Assembly: GCA_043228905.1 (NCBI GenBank)
Contig: JBHGNT010000013.1
Coordinates: 14,136,001 to 14,200,000 of the forward strand
Length of the DNA stretch: 64,000 bases
From: Azolla caroliniana
Taxonomy: Eukaryota > Plantae > Polypodiophyta
Direction of reading: 5' to 3'
A model generated the notes under the pieces. That model ran no database searches. It was not told the DNA's origin and worked only from the letters and a program-made list of their open reading frames with translations. This document shows, in pieces, positions 51,745-64,000 of this stretch (its first letter is position 1; the number at the start of each line of letters is the position of its first letter). Both the position numbers and the translations under genes were made by a program.

Positions 51745-52225
51745 TTCCTTTTTATTATTTTATTATTTTATAAAGTCAAGATTCACCGTGGTATTAATGA
51801 AAAGATGCCCGAAGGCTACAAAGAATCCATACAATAAATTACAACCCTCCTACCCACATGAATTAACACGTATAGAAGTGGAAACCCTCATGCATGGTCC
51901 TTTCAAGAAAGGGGCCGGAAAAAGCCATCTTCGTGGAGTATATCTCCATTTTATCCTGTCCCCGAAAAAGGTGAAGACCTTTGCCTTTTTCCAAATTTCT
52001 CGAAATTGTTGTTGCTTGCAAAATACAACATCCGGCTCACCATGTATTGCCTCATATTGACCTTTTAGAGTATGTAGGAGCATCAACCATATCTCCTTAA
52101 CTAACTCAACTGCATTCGGTTTGACTTTCTGAACTACACACTTACATCTTGCCTTCCATAATATCCAAACTACTAAAGAAGATACCGTGGACCAAACCTT
52201 GTCTATTTCATTTATTTCCATGATG
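51745..52225 (-). mobile_element. 5'-truncated LINE (L1/Tx1-like) 3' end
   Basis: ORF2-like C-terminus W..LVVWILWKARC...EIW...WLFPAP followed by a 3' UTR and A-rich tail. Confidence 0.7.
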
Positions 52226-53739
52226 TGAGAAAAATATACAAATTGAAGATAATTAAAACATTAACTTCATATCACGAAAGCGTAAATAATCACACCTCAA
52301 GAGAGCATGGAATGCATAAACTGATTGTAAGGCTTTAGATTATTTTGAAGGGTGGCGTAAGTTCACCCCCTTCACAAGATGAGAGTCTCGCCTCACTTCA
52401 CTTTAAGCAGGAAAAATGTTTTATTGGTTGGGTAACCTAATGGCAATGTATTTCATTGCAAATCCTAGAATGACAACTCAACTAATCATTGTACTTGGCA
52501 TATGTGCATGAATCATTCATTGCCTTTATGGTAGTTGCCATAGTTGCAAAAACAGTAAGTTCCCATCTTGATTTTTTAGATATGTTTTGACAAAACAAAC
52601 CCTAGTTGGCTTACTAGACCTCACGTTTGCGTCTTTGCTACAAAATATTTGCCACTAGTGTTGTCCAACCTGACCTAAGGATTTAGTTTATCCCTTGAGG
52701 ATAGTTGGCCTACCTATCCCAACATGTTTAATGATATGAGAAAGTGGACATTTGCAAGGCCTACAGTTAAGTTATGTGCACAAAGAATACGACGTCATGA
52801 GATTAGTTTATATATATATGTGTGTGTGTGTGTGTTTGTGAGGCTTGGAAATATGAACCTATGATTATGCTAAAATGACATGCCAATTACATACATATAT
52901 AATTTGTTATTTTAATGTGTGTGTATATATATATATATATATAGATATAGATAGATAGATCAAATAGGGCTCCACGATATTAATATTCCACGATATATTT
53001 GAGGAGGATCTTGAAAGTTTCATTCCAGAAAGTTATCCTCAAAAGTTGTTTGTTATTGTCAATACTCAATACATTGTATATGGGTACAAAAGCTTATTGA
53101 AGTCTCAATGGAAAAACATAGGGTGATGACATGCAAAGGCCATACAGGCCATACGACAAAAATAGATTGGCTTTTGAAAAAGAAATTGTCAGAAATCTTA
53201 TTACTACTTTACAAAAATGTCACTTCATATGCAACCTCTCGTTAGTGAAAGTGCTAAAGTGAACAAAACTATGGAAACATTGTTTACGTTATATAAGGTA
53301 GGTTATATTTTGATTATTACAACTATGTAATCCACTAAGTTTAGTTCATCCACTTTGATCTTAGAGTTTTTTTTATTCTGAAGAGAAATAAAGACAATTT
53401 AAGTAAAGCCCATGAATATGAATGTTGTGTCAAAGATTACATATTAATGGAAAGAAAAAGAAAATCCATCACTATACATAGGTCATAAATATGGTTCTCG
53501 AGGTTTCTAAATGTGTCTAGAAACACAAAGTACACATGTGTTGTAGTTATGATGCAAATTGACTCATCAACATGTTGTAACTTGTAACGAACTCTTTAAC
53601 TATTAATATGCTTGTAAGATTGTTGATAAGGGTTTCCTTATGTTTTGGTTAACGAATAAATGTTAGTAAGAAATTTAAATGAATCTAACAAAACATCATA
53701 AATCCCATTTCTCTCATAATGTTTAAGGATATATATTCA

Positions 53740-54517
53740 TTTCTATTGGATTGCCTAGTAGGCTGAATGCGAATCTCATTGCATCCACATGTTTCTTCCA
53801 CAATAGCATTTCCCATTGTCTTTGGGAATGTCATGAGGCTACGGCTGTATGGAGAAGGGCATTATGATTGCTTTGCCATGCCTCTAGCTCATTTACCCTC
53901 AATTAGGGACATGCTTGTTGGAATTGTCTTGATGATGACGTAGAGAAATTTGATAGCACATGTACAACTATGTACAGAGGGGAGAATGGAACTATTCGAT
54001 TGATCACTGGTAACAGTGCACCTAGAAGTAATGCCTAGAAGCAAAAAATTGAAGATCTATGGATGTTGATAGCACCCATTATCATATGGAACATTTGGAC
54101 CGCAAGATGTACTAGGGTATTTTCAGCAAACAAACAACCTCCAGCAAAATCTATTAAGCTAATATGGCACATGTTAATAACTACATTGAGGGCCCAATAT
54201 GAGCGGATTGATGGAATAGATGATGCTTCAGATTTAATGAGGCTGAATTTCAGAAAACGATGGTGTACTACACCGATGGCTACAAAAAATGGAGTGGATA
54301 TACGATGGCAGTACGTAGTACTGAGATGGTTGTTCCCCCCTCCCATTAGATGATAGAGGGGCGGGCGTGAATGACACGACAAACATGGAGAAAAAACATG
54401 TGGGCTATTTAGTGTAAGATAAATAAGTGATGTAGCCCATATGGAAGTAGGTAATGTCTAAAGTTGTGTATTGTATGTCGTTTTAACTAATGGAGTATAT
54501 TCTTCTTTGGAAAAAAA
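53740..54517 (+). mobile_element. 5'-truncated LINE 3' end (related family)
   Basis: PIIIWNIWTARC...LIWHMLITTLRAQYE...WLFPPP, homologous to 51850-52221; poly(A) at ~54510. Confidence 0.7.
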
Positions 54518-56623
54518 ATATATAGTAAACCAAGAATCACACTTAATGATCCAAATAAAGTGAACACAGAGAAGCCTATCACCTAATATTTATATTATAG
54601 CTCACATTGTAGAAACTTTTATTGGGATGCCTATTGAACGTGGAGAATAGTAAGAAGAATATAATTGCTCTCCAACAATGAACATGGGTACGTCAAATTG
54701 ACCCACCTACTACATGTAGCCATGTGTACTTACAATGAATAGACGAGGTAACAATACTAAATTATATTAGATTTCAATCACAATTATAATTTCCTCGATT
54801 GCAATCTTCATTTTTGTAAATTTCGACATATCCATACTTAAAATGTTCTGTACTTAACCAATGTTAACAAAATGTACAAGCCATGGTATTCGTTTTTTGG
54901 CAATTATTCTTTATCTCAATGTAGTAAAGATACTCGTAACAATATATCTGGCTAAATATGAGGACATTGGTGAATATATGTGTCAACTTGTCACATTACA
55001 ATCTCGTGAGTGCAATTAAAGTATGTGTGGACATTTCCCTTAATTCTCCGATAGACACAATAGTACAAATTTCCCTCATCCACATTTGATTCTACAATTA
55101 TTGGTGTATAATTAACTCCCACAAAATTGTGCCATGTCTATGGGATTATTGCAATAATGAAATCACATGTTTTCACTGTTTGAAACTTTATCCAAGGTGA
55201 AGTATCAACTTTATTAAGAATATTTGTACTTTGAATTAAAGCCATCATCTCGTGAAAGTGAAATTAAACTCAACGATATATCATATAATGCATTGCAAGA
55301 GAAACACGAGATCAACCATGCCATAGATGCATTTAAGACACTAAATATAAAAAAATATTGAATGTATGAAAGAAATAAGATGATTCATGTGCACAAATAT
55401 TGTTTAGAATATATGCATGTGAACTTCTCGTGACATGAAAAAGGTGGACCAACTAGAAACCCTAAATAGTATGTAGGTTTTACAAAACAATTGCCTTGTT
55501 TAAGTTTTTGGTGTTTAACTAACATAGGTGGGATTATGTGTAACAATGCTAGCCACACACATGATGGTGGAATTGTTTCGATGGATTACATAACATGCAT
55601 CTATAATTACCAAAATGCTATGGAATTAAAACATGAGATATATGTTAAGTACAACCATGGAAGCAACATTGCCTTTCGACATTATCATACAAGATAAGCT
55701 AGGCACTCCATATTTTTAAGTTGTGTAATTACTCGTCATAGTTTAATTAGTTTGAGATTGTAAACACAAAAAGTGTTTGATCCTAAGAATATGACTTTAT
55801 GGAATCTCTAATGTCCACAACTCAAGAGTTGAGGATGATAACATATGACAAGATTGAAAGCCAATGCTAATAAAATGAGGGTCATAGAGGGAAGATATGA
55901 AGCTCGCAAAAAGAGTAAATGTTGAAAATATTCGAAAGGTGGGCGAGAAAAGTGCATTAACTTATCATACTTTAAACAACTTTTTATGAAGAAAATTATA
56001 CTTCATGACATTCGAAAAACAAATGTTCACAAGGGCACGCCTTAACCAACTATCTATTACGAATCATATTGTTTGGCAATTTAATATTTCGAACTCATGT
56101 ATGTGTTAGACAATGAAAGTGTTCTCAAATACAATGCATGTAGGATTAGTATGATTATTTTCCCAAAACATGCAAGAAGGTTATTAAGAACTTATATCTG
56201 GATGCCCCTCGATGAAACACATTGCCAAAACATTCCACCTATAGTCTTAATACATGTGCAATAATGAGCTTTGGACTTTGAGCTGAAAATAAGTATTGGC
56301 TCATCAAATTTATTTTTGGTAGAACCTTTCTCATGGAAACTATCAAGACAAGAGCATTCAAAAGCACGAGATAAGCAAGAGCGTACACATTTCGCTAGGT
56401 TTGAAGAGTTTGTTTCGAATACATATATCATTCCTTTGAGTTGCAAGGTTGCCTCTTTTTAGAAATGTATACATAAGGATATATGGATCATATTATTAGC
56501 ATTATATTTTACATTATTTGCCATTTTTATATATAGAACATTATTCTAAGGCACAAGGGAGGGTGCCTAATCATTCATTGGTTATTTGAGGGTGAAGTTT
56601 CGAGATTAATGCCGGCAATTAGG

Positions 56624-58977
56624 TCAAGAGCGGAGGCAACGAAGGAGGTTAGCACCAAAGAGGGCACCTGAGCATTGTTGCACGAGGTTAGGGAGGGTTG
56701 CAGTGGGAGCAATGGGTGGTGAGGCGCCCGAAGCATATTGGGGCATCACAATGGCGGAGGCGACGAGGAATTGGTGGAACGTGGCACCTCCTTGGAGCAC
56801 GTCATTGTAGGATTCGATGCGCGCCGACATGTCGAACGTCGCGGGGCTCCCGCTATACCACGGGGTTACTTCCTTGGCACGACTCCCGGCTTGGAACACG
56901 TTGCTCTCCGATCGCACCCGGCCATTTGCGCGCCCGCCAATGGCATAGTACCCCCAATTGGTGTACACATTATTGATCACGTGACACACGCCCCACCTAA
57001 GAGTGTAAATTGGTAATGTGCACATTGCAACAAACAAAGGAAGAAAGATTAGAGGTTTAGCTTACATATAAGATGTGGATCATGATGAGTCCAATACAAA
57101 AAGAAGAAGAAAAAAACACAGAAAAGAGAAGCAAGCGAGGTCCTTGTGGAGGTGTGATCACACGTACCTGCAATGGGGCATGCGTTGCATGGAGTCGCGG
57201 AACCAGTTGCGGTAGACGGTGACGCGCATCGACTTGTCTTCGGAGTCGGCGTCCGAGGCGCCGAGGAGCATGTTGAAGTTGTAGTTCTGGAGGTTGGAGT
57301 TGGAGATGGTTACGTCGGTGGAGCCTTGGAGGACGGACGCGAGGCCGAGCTCGCCGGCGAAGGAAGTGAGGTGGTCGACCCACACCTACAAGACAGCAAG
57401 AAGAAGAAGAAGAAGACAGGTTGAGGTGGCCAATTGGTTGGGTGGACATACTTCTTCAATAAAAACAAAGAGAGAGAGAGAGAGAGAAGGAGGTGGGTTG
57501 GTTTCACACTAGAGCGGGAGGAGCGTGTGGGGGGGGGGGCGGAGATTTTGGTTTCACACTTGGGCGGATGTGAGTGAGAGGTCGTGGGGTAGAGTTTTTG
57601 GTTTCACACTTGGGCTGCCGGAGGAGGTTTTGGTTTCACACTTGGGCGGACGGGGTGGAGTGTTTGCTGTCTTTGTTTTTTTTTTGTTTTTTTTGGGGGA
57701 ACTCTCACCTTGGTGGTGCCGGAGAAGATGTGGAGCGTGTCGGAGCCCCTGATGTTGCTGATCTGTATGTTGTGGATGATGACGTTGGAGACGCCGCCGA
57801 GGACGAGGTTCCGGTTGATGACGGTGACGTTGACGCCGCGGCCGTCGATGGTGGTGTGGCTCTGCACCCACAGCATGTCCTGCAGGGAGATGACCATGCT
57901 GCGGGAGAACGTGATCCACACGCCGCCTTTGGTGCTCCGGGCCAGCTCCGTGCCGTAGCGCAGCGTCCCAGCCGCCGGGTTCAGGGGGTTGTCGCCCTCG
58001 CTCGTCACCACGTACTTCCCGCCCCTCAGCCCGCCCGTGACCCCCTTCGCGAACCCCACCGCGCACGACACTAGCCCGTACCCCTTCCCGCACTCCGCGA
58101 ATTGGCACTTGGTCCCGTCCACTTCACCCGCCGCGCACCCCTGCACCTGCTCCGTCGCCACCACTTCCGCTTCTTCGGCCAATAATCCTGCCCTCCCTCC
58201 TCCTTCATCATCCCTCCCCAGAATGTCGAACCTTGAGGTCGCGATCTCCAGCTCGTTCTCTGCCGCCCTCAGATAATGCTGGACTTGCGACCCCACGTAC
58301 GACAATCTCGTCGCCAAGGTGCTCTGCATTTTGGATCAATTAGCAACATTGCGTAATTACGAAGGAAAAGCGCAGATCAATGTTCACACACCGAAACCCA
58401 TTTTTTCTGTTAAATCAAACATGCGCAACTCATTCTCAATCCACATATACAACCAAATAAATGCCTCCTCACATCTTTCATTCTCTTCTTTTCTAAATTT
58501 TTTTGTTTTGTTTTGTTTGGTTTGGTTTTGTTTTGTTTTGTTTTTGTTGCAGTGCATGGCGATGATCACTCAAACTATACATGTACATATATACATATTG
58601 ATATATATATATATTTGTTATTTTTATTGGTTTGTCACCTCGACTTCATGGAGGCGGCCGAAGCAGTCGGAGGTGGCGGCGAGGCAATCCGAGACGCTGC
58701 GTTTGGCGTCGTCCCAGCGCTTGGAGGAGACGTGGGCGGCGGCGTCGTCGATGCTGCGTAGGGAGGACTGGAAGAGTGGGGCTAAGTCGTCGCTAGTCTT
58801 GGCGGAGGTGGGGAGGATGGCGGATTGGGCGTGGATGAGGAAGGATTTGGCGGTGTCCAGGTTTCTGGCCACAATGTCTTGGTTGAGGGAGGTGGCGGCG
58901 GAGGAGGAGGTGGCGGAGAAGAGCAAGAGGAGGAGGAGAGAGGATGGTAGCAACATGGTGGTGGGTGCCACCGCCAT
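56624..58977 (-). CDS. Secreted PL1 pectate/pectin lyase with an N-terminal PMEI-like helical domain, 4 exons, ~514 aa
   Basis: Exons 58977-58639, 58323-57709, 57385-57168, 56996-56624 (GT-AG, phases 0/0/2, 1545 nt). Signal peptide; CAVGFAKGVTGG..YVVT..D, GTLRYG, WITF, TIDGRG, NVIIHNI, VWVDH, TISN, RMPHCRWG. Confidence 0.88.
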
Positions 58978-59443
58978 GCTTGATTGATTGATTAAATGAT
59001 TGATTGGGGTGTGTGTGTCTGTCGGATATGGATTTGGATTGGTGGTGCCTTTTCTGCTGCTGCTTTTTTCTTCGGTGCCCTTTCTTCACCTTCTTATAAA
59101 TGGGACGGCTGCTTTCGGAAGGCTGCTTTTTGCTTTTCCGCACAAAAGGTGCGCCCCTTCGCCTCCCCCTTCCGCCTTCTGCACCCCCCCCCCCTCCCGC
59201 GTCGCTTCGCATTCCCCTCACGTAGCAATTTTGATCCATCTCCATTAAAATGATTTATTTAGGGAAGTTGACATATTTAATTGGTTCATTGCATATTTTG
59301 CTATTATTTTATTAATTGTTTGATAATTGATTAATATGTTATCATATTATCAACTACATTGTTTTATTGAAAATTAGATCCTCTATATTTTTCAGTTTGT
59401 GCTCTCACTCACCGTCCATTGACACCCCACACAATGTCTTCCC

Positions 59444-59491
<48 letters not shown>

Positions 59492-59899
59492 ATTTACTTT
59501 CTCGTCCATCCCGCGAAGGGCTAACATGTTGGCTCGAAACGCCATCTAGATCAAGTACAAAAAACGTGGAAGCCCCTTGCATCCACGAGATGTTTTGTCA
59601 GGAGAGAAGAGTCTACACAAACAAATGGATCATTCGTGGGATTGTAATGTAGACTACATGTGAATATTAAGTGTCTCTAGCTTTACTATAGTCTCGTTCA
59701 GATCATGTTTTCCCAAGTTGTTACATCGATTCATTAACCCCTTGAAGCCTTGGCTTATGGTTCTCTCTTTTTATGTTTAGTCCATAACACTCTTTCATCT
59801 GTCTTGCGAAAACACATTATGGTATGTGCTCGTCCTGCGATGCGTGTGCGTTTCATTTTGGTTCAATAAATGATGGCAAGGAGGCGAAATGTAGGTTTT

Positions 59900-60085
59900 T
59901 ATTTTGTTTTGTTTAAAAAATAAAATAAAGATTCAGCTTGGTATTGATGGAAAGATGCCCAAATGATACAAAAAACTCATACAATAAAATATAACCCTCA
60001 TACCCACCTCAACCAACATGTCGAGTAGCAAAAGCCCTCATGCATGGTCCTTCCAAGATGGGGGTAGAAAAAGACATCTTGGTGT
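59900..60085 (-). mobile_element. Very short LINE 3' fragment of the same family as 51745-52225
   Basis: Nucleotide similarity (GAAAGATGCCC...CATACAATAAA...CCCTCATGCATGGTCCTT) plus A-rich tail. Confidence 0.65.
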
Positions 60086-61380
60086 TTTCTTTCTTATCTA
60101 AAGCATGAACAAGAAGATTAGTGTAGAGAGATTAATATTGAATTGGTGCCATCACATTGGCAAAGTAGCATAGACCTACATGATGTGTTAATAAGGAAAT
60201 GTGCATTTCCACATACAATGACCAATGTCGACATTAAATTTGACCCCCCTCCCCCAAAAAAATATACCTAATTGTGAAATTCTCCCTCACATCAATGAGA
60301 AAATTCCCAAATGGAGAGTGAAGCAACAAGAATTGATTGCCAGTTATTAGTGACTGATTGTTTGAACAAAGTCAACCACGGAAAACAAGAAGCAACATAC
60401 TTTACTTCACTATGGAGATCATGACTTGCAAGGTTTCACACCAATCATGTTGTGTGTGTGTTACGCATTGAGATCTAGGAAATCACATTAGGGCAACACA
60501 ATATTTTTGCGAATATTCCATTTTAAGTTGTAACGTAGCGAAGAAGGGGCCAAATCTGATTGTAAGAATTATTTGTCGTAAAAAGCACAAGCACATGGCC
60601 CACATGTCGATGAAGTAAAAGACTCTCATTATCACAAACACTCTCACTCTATAGTAGCATGGGTATTATCATATTTATTGGGGCTGAGGCTTGCACTTAT
60701 GAGTCACATAGAGTGTGTGGAACCAACAATCAATAGCTGTGATGAGCAATAACACACTTAACACAAATGACAATTGATACTTTTGTAGGGTGTGTTGTGT
60801 GACTGAGAGTCACCAAATGTGAACATGCTTGAAAGCTTGCAATCAAGAGTCCTCAACTTTTTCCTTTTGCAATTTGTTCATCACAATGCCCTCATGACGA
60901 ACAGAATCAATCCAGATATTTGAAAACCGCAAAATCTTGAACGAAGACGGTGGCCATTACGATGGAATCATCCCTAAAGTTTTTGTGGCACAAGTGTCCT
61001 CTTGTCAACAAATCATCACCACGATGAGTTTATGGATGTGTCCCCCCCCCCCCCCCCCCCCCCCCATGTGAGGTATGAAATCGCACGAGTGTGAAACAAC
61101 AGAAGCTGAGATGAGCTTGATTGAAGCAATTGGTATCGGTCGGAGCATCTTCATTGTGATGTTGTTACACTTCCGGGCGAAACCCGACAAGAAGAAAACG
61201 TTAGTCCCGCCCGCGTTCCCCCGACCAATTGAAACGAGGTATTTCGACTAGGTAACAGGTAGCTTGCTGCCACGTGTACAATCATCCCCTCCTTCCCCTT
61301 CCATCTCTCAGATTCTTCTTCTTCTTCTTCTTCTTCTCCCTTCTGTCTCGTGAGGGAAGGCTGCTAAGAGTACAGAACCT

Positions 61381-63762
61381 ATGGAAATAGTACTGTCTCC
61401 ATCATCAGGAATCCATGTCACGCATGCCCCTGAGATTCTTATGCTTCCTGAATCGACAAATAAGAAGGAGAAGAAAAAGAAAAAGAAGCCGGACCAGGAG
61501 AAGAAAGGTTTGGCGTCTCTAAGTCTCCAGGAATCTCTCACTTCTCTGGAACTGGGTCTATTACCTAATCCCTCTGTCCAAGACTTTGCTTGTATGCTCC
61601 ATAAGTGCAGAAAACAAGGGAATCCTCCAGAACAGGTACTTTCGCTTCAACACCACATCCAGAGCCACGGCTTCCAAACTAATCCATCTCTTGGAAACCG
61701 TCTCGTGCCTATGCTTGTCGAGATCGGTAGCTTATCATATGCTCAGAATGTCTTTGATGGATTATCTTATCATACAAAATCCTCGTGGAATGCACTTATA
61801 TCTGGCTACGTCAAGCATGGAGAGCTTCAGTATGCTCTTTGTCTTTATCGGAAGAGCATTCGAGATAATGCCTCCATCGTATGTTTAACTGGTCCAACTT
61901 TTATTTCCTTACTTAAGGCTTGTGCTAATCTCAGCAATAGTATAACATGTTGTGAACTCCATGACCATATCATTAGACAAGGATTGCTAGACAGTGACTA
62001 CTTTCTTGGAAGTGCATTGGTAGATGCTCTTGCTAAATGTGGTATGCTTGGGAAAGCGCTAGAAGTCTTTGAAAAACTTCCGGTTAGAGATGTGGTCTCA
62101 TGGAATTCTCTCATTTCTGGGTATTCCACTCATGGATATGGTGCAAATGCTCTTGATTGCTTTGAACAAATGCAAAGAGAAGGATTCATTCCGACATCTG
62201 TCTCTTATGTTTGTGCATTAAATGCTTGTGGTAGTACTGGGGACATGTGTAAAGGAATGAAAGTACATGATGAGATAGCTCAAAAGGGATTGGAAATATG
62301 TCCACATATTGGGAGTGCTTTGGTTGATATGTATGCTATGTGTGGATTGTTTGAATCAGCGAAGAAAGTGATTGATAGACTTCAATGCCGGAATATTGTC
62401 TCCTGGACTGCTTTGATCAAAGGTTACATTCAACATGCTTATTGTGAAGAAGCACTTGCTTGCTTTGAGAAAATTCAAAGGGAGGGAATAACTCCCGATG
62501 CCATTGCTTTTACTTCCAGCTTGAAAGCATGTGCGCACATGGAAGCTCTAGACAAAGGCATGGGAATACATGCAGAGATTTTAAGAAGGGGTTTAGATGA
62601 GAACACTCTTATCTCTTGTGCGCTGGTTGACATGTATGCAAAGTGTGGTGCACTTCGAAAAGCACGGGAGGTGTTTGATAAGCTTCTCCTCAGAGATGTA
62701 GCCTTGTGGAATGCGTTGATTGCTGGTTATGTGGACCACGAATACGTTGAACAAGGGCTGAGATGTTTTGAGCAAATGCAAGATGAGAACATTCCTCCTG
62801 ACGCAGTCACATTTATCGCTATTCTGAAAGCGTGTGCATACATGGCCGATTTAGAACAGGGAGAAAAAATACACCATGAGATCTCTAGAAGAGGGTTGGA
62901 TAAAGACATGGTTGTTGGAAGTGCTTTGATTGATATGTATGCGGAATGTGGCTCACTTACTAAAGCAAGGGAGGTATTTGATAGTCTTTCAGCCCATGAT
63001 ATGGTTTCATGGACAGTGTTGATTGCAGGGTATGCCGAACATGGACATGGTGAGGAAGCTCTACAATGCTTTCAAGAGATGAAAGACGAGGGATTCTCAC
63101 CAAGTGTGGTCACAATTGCTTGCACTTTAAAAGCTTGTGCAAGTATTGGATCATTAGACAAAGGTGAAAGGATTCATAATGAGGTTGCCACAAATTTGGA
63201 AAAAGAACACTTGATTAACAATGCATTGATTGATATGTATGCAAAATGTGGGTTATGTGCAAGAGCGGAGGACGTGTTTGACAAACTTGAGATCCGGGAT
63301 GTAGTTTCATGGAACACACTTATGTGTGGATATGCTCAGCTTGGTGATTGTGAAATGGTTTTTCGTATCCTGCATCGCATGCTGGGTGAAGGTAGACGGC
63401 CAAACTCTGTAACGTTATTAACTGTACTGAATGCATGTAGTCATGCGGGGTTGGCAAATGATGGGAAAATATTCTTCGAGCTTCTCAGTAATGATGAGTA
63501 CCCCCCATCACTTGAACACTATACATGTATGCTTGATCTACTTGGGCGTGCTGGACAATTAAAGGATGCGATATATATTGTCAGTAAAATGAGAGTTGAT
63601 CCCGATATTGTAGTCTGGCATACTCTATTTGGTGCTTGTCAAAAATGGGGGAATGTGCATCTTGCCGAAAAAGTGTTCAACCAGGCAGTTCAAGTAAACA
63701 AGATAGATGCTGCAGCCTATGTCAGTCTGGCGAATGTGTATGCTGATGACAATGATCTATGA
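61381..63762 (+). CDS. PLS-class pentatricopeptide repeat protein with E-type C-terminus (no DYW), 793 aa
   Basis: Intronless; multiple P-L-S triplets (LVDMYAKCG, DVVSWNSLI, PDAVTFIAILKAC); HYTCMLDLLGRAG; VVWHTLFGAC. Confidence 0.94.
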   Translation: MEIVLSPSSGIHVTHAPEILMLPESTNKKEKKKKKKPDQEKKGLASLSLQESLTSLELGLLPNPSVQDFACMLHKCRKQGNPPEQVLSLQHHIQSHGFQTNPSLGNRLVPMLVEIGSLSYAQNVFDGLSYHTKSSWNALISGYVKHGELQYALCLYRKSIRDNASIVCLTGPTFISLLKACANLSNSITCCELHDHIIRQGLLDSDYFLGSALVDALAKCGMLGKALEVFEKLPVRDVVSWNSLISGYSTHGYGANALDCFEQMQREGFIPTSVSYVCALNACGSTGDMCKGMKVHDEIAQKGLEICPHIGSALVDMYAMCGLFESAKKVIDRLQCRNIVSWTALIKGYIQHAYCEEALACFEKIQREGITPDAIAFTSSLKACAHMEALDKGMGIHAEILRRGLDENTLISCALVDMYAKCGALRKAREVFDKLLLRDVALWNALIAGYVDHEYVEQGLRCFEQMQDENIPPDAVTFIAILKACAYMADLEQGEKIHHEISRRGLDKDMVVGSALIDMYAECGSLTKAREVFDSLSAHDMVSWTVLIAGYAEHGHGEEALQCFQEMKDEGFSPSVVTIACTLKACASIGSLDKGERIHNEVATNLEKEHLINNALIDMYAKCGLCARAEDVFDKLEIRDVVSWNTLMCGYAQLGDCEMVFRILHRMLGEGRRPNSVTLLTVLNACSHAGLANDGKIFFELLSNDEYPPSLEHYTCMLDLLGRAGQLKDAIYIVSKMRVDPDIVVWHTLFGACQKWGNVHLAEKVFNQAVQVNKIDAAAYVSLANVYADDNDL

Positions 63763-64000
63763 TTATATGTTCTGTAAGAATGAATAGTGACACTAATAGT
63801 GCTAGGGGGGTTTCCTAGTGGTTTGGATCCTGGTTGTAAGTTGGAAGTGCAACTCCTACACCCACTCATGGCTGTTGCAACTGGGATTGATCCTCCATTA
63901 AGAGTAAAACATTCACTGACAAGGTCCATGTTATACAGTATAAATAGAGGAGCAGGATGACAAACTCAGTTGGTTTTTGCCATGAAGGAAAGTAAATCAA

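Noticed and set aside
57173-58987. Long plus-strand ORFs overlapping the lyase gene
   Set aside because: Antisense shadows of GC-rich coding exons.

Overview
Eukaryotic land-plant nuclear DNA with GT-AG introns, microsatellites and intronless PLS-class PPR genes; the gene and TE content suggests a fern or other seed-free plant (inference). Positions 953-13885 are one ~12.9 kb Mutator-like element (MULE): ~113 bp TIRs, 10-11 bp TSD, an intact DDE/SWIM transposase and a 6-exon zinc-finger/Ulp1 protease gene. A young 4.4 kb Ty3/gypsy chromovirus sits in intron 3 of that gene (546 bp LTRs, 1 mismatch seen, ATAAG TSD). This retroelement has a self-complementary, tRNA-independent primer site, heat-shock-element arrays beside its TATA box, a tRNA-like segment in the LTR, and an in-frame Gag-RT deletion fusion. 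Further along are degraded copia, LINE and MULE relics and host genes: a partial plastid-targeted gene (FtsHi5-like), a PLAT-domain membrane protein, two PLS/E PPR genes, an ELO/GNS1 elongase, tRNA-Ser(UGA), a CRM-domain (CAF-like) splicing factor, a universal stress protein and a secreted PL1 lyase. Best leads: (1) the PL1 lyase is fused to a PMEI-like domain and lacks the usual Ca-binding Asp residues; (2) the ELO intron looks built from tandem duplications of its own exon; (3) the heat-responsive, self-priming chromovirus; (4) a PPR gene possibly nested in intron 1 of the PLAT gene. All gene models were read by eye; no database search was run.
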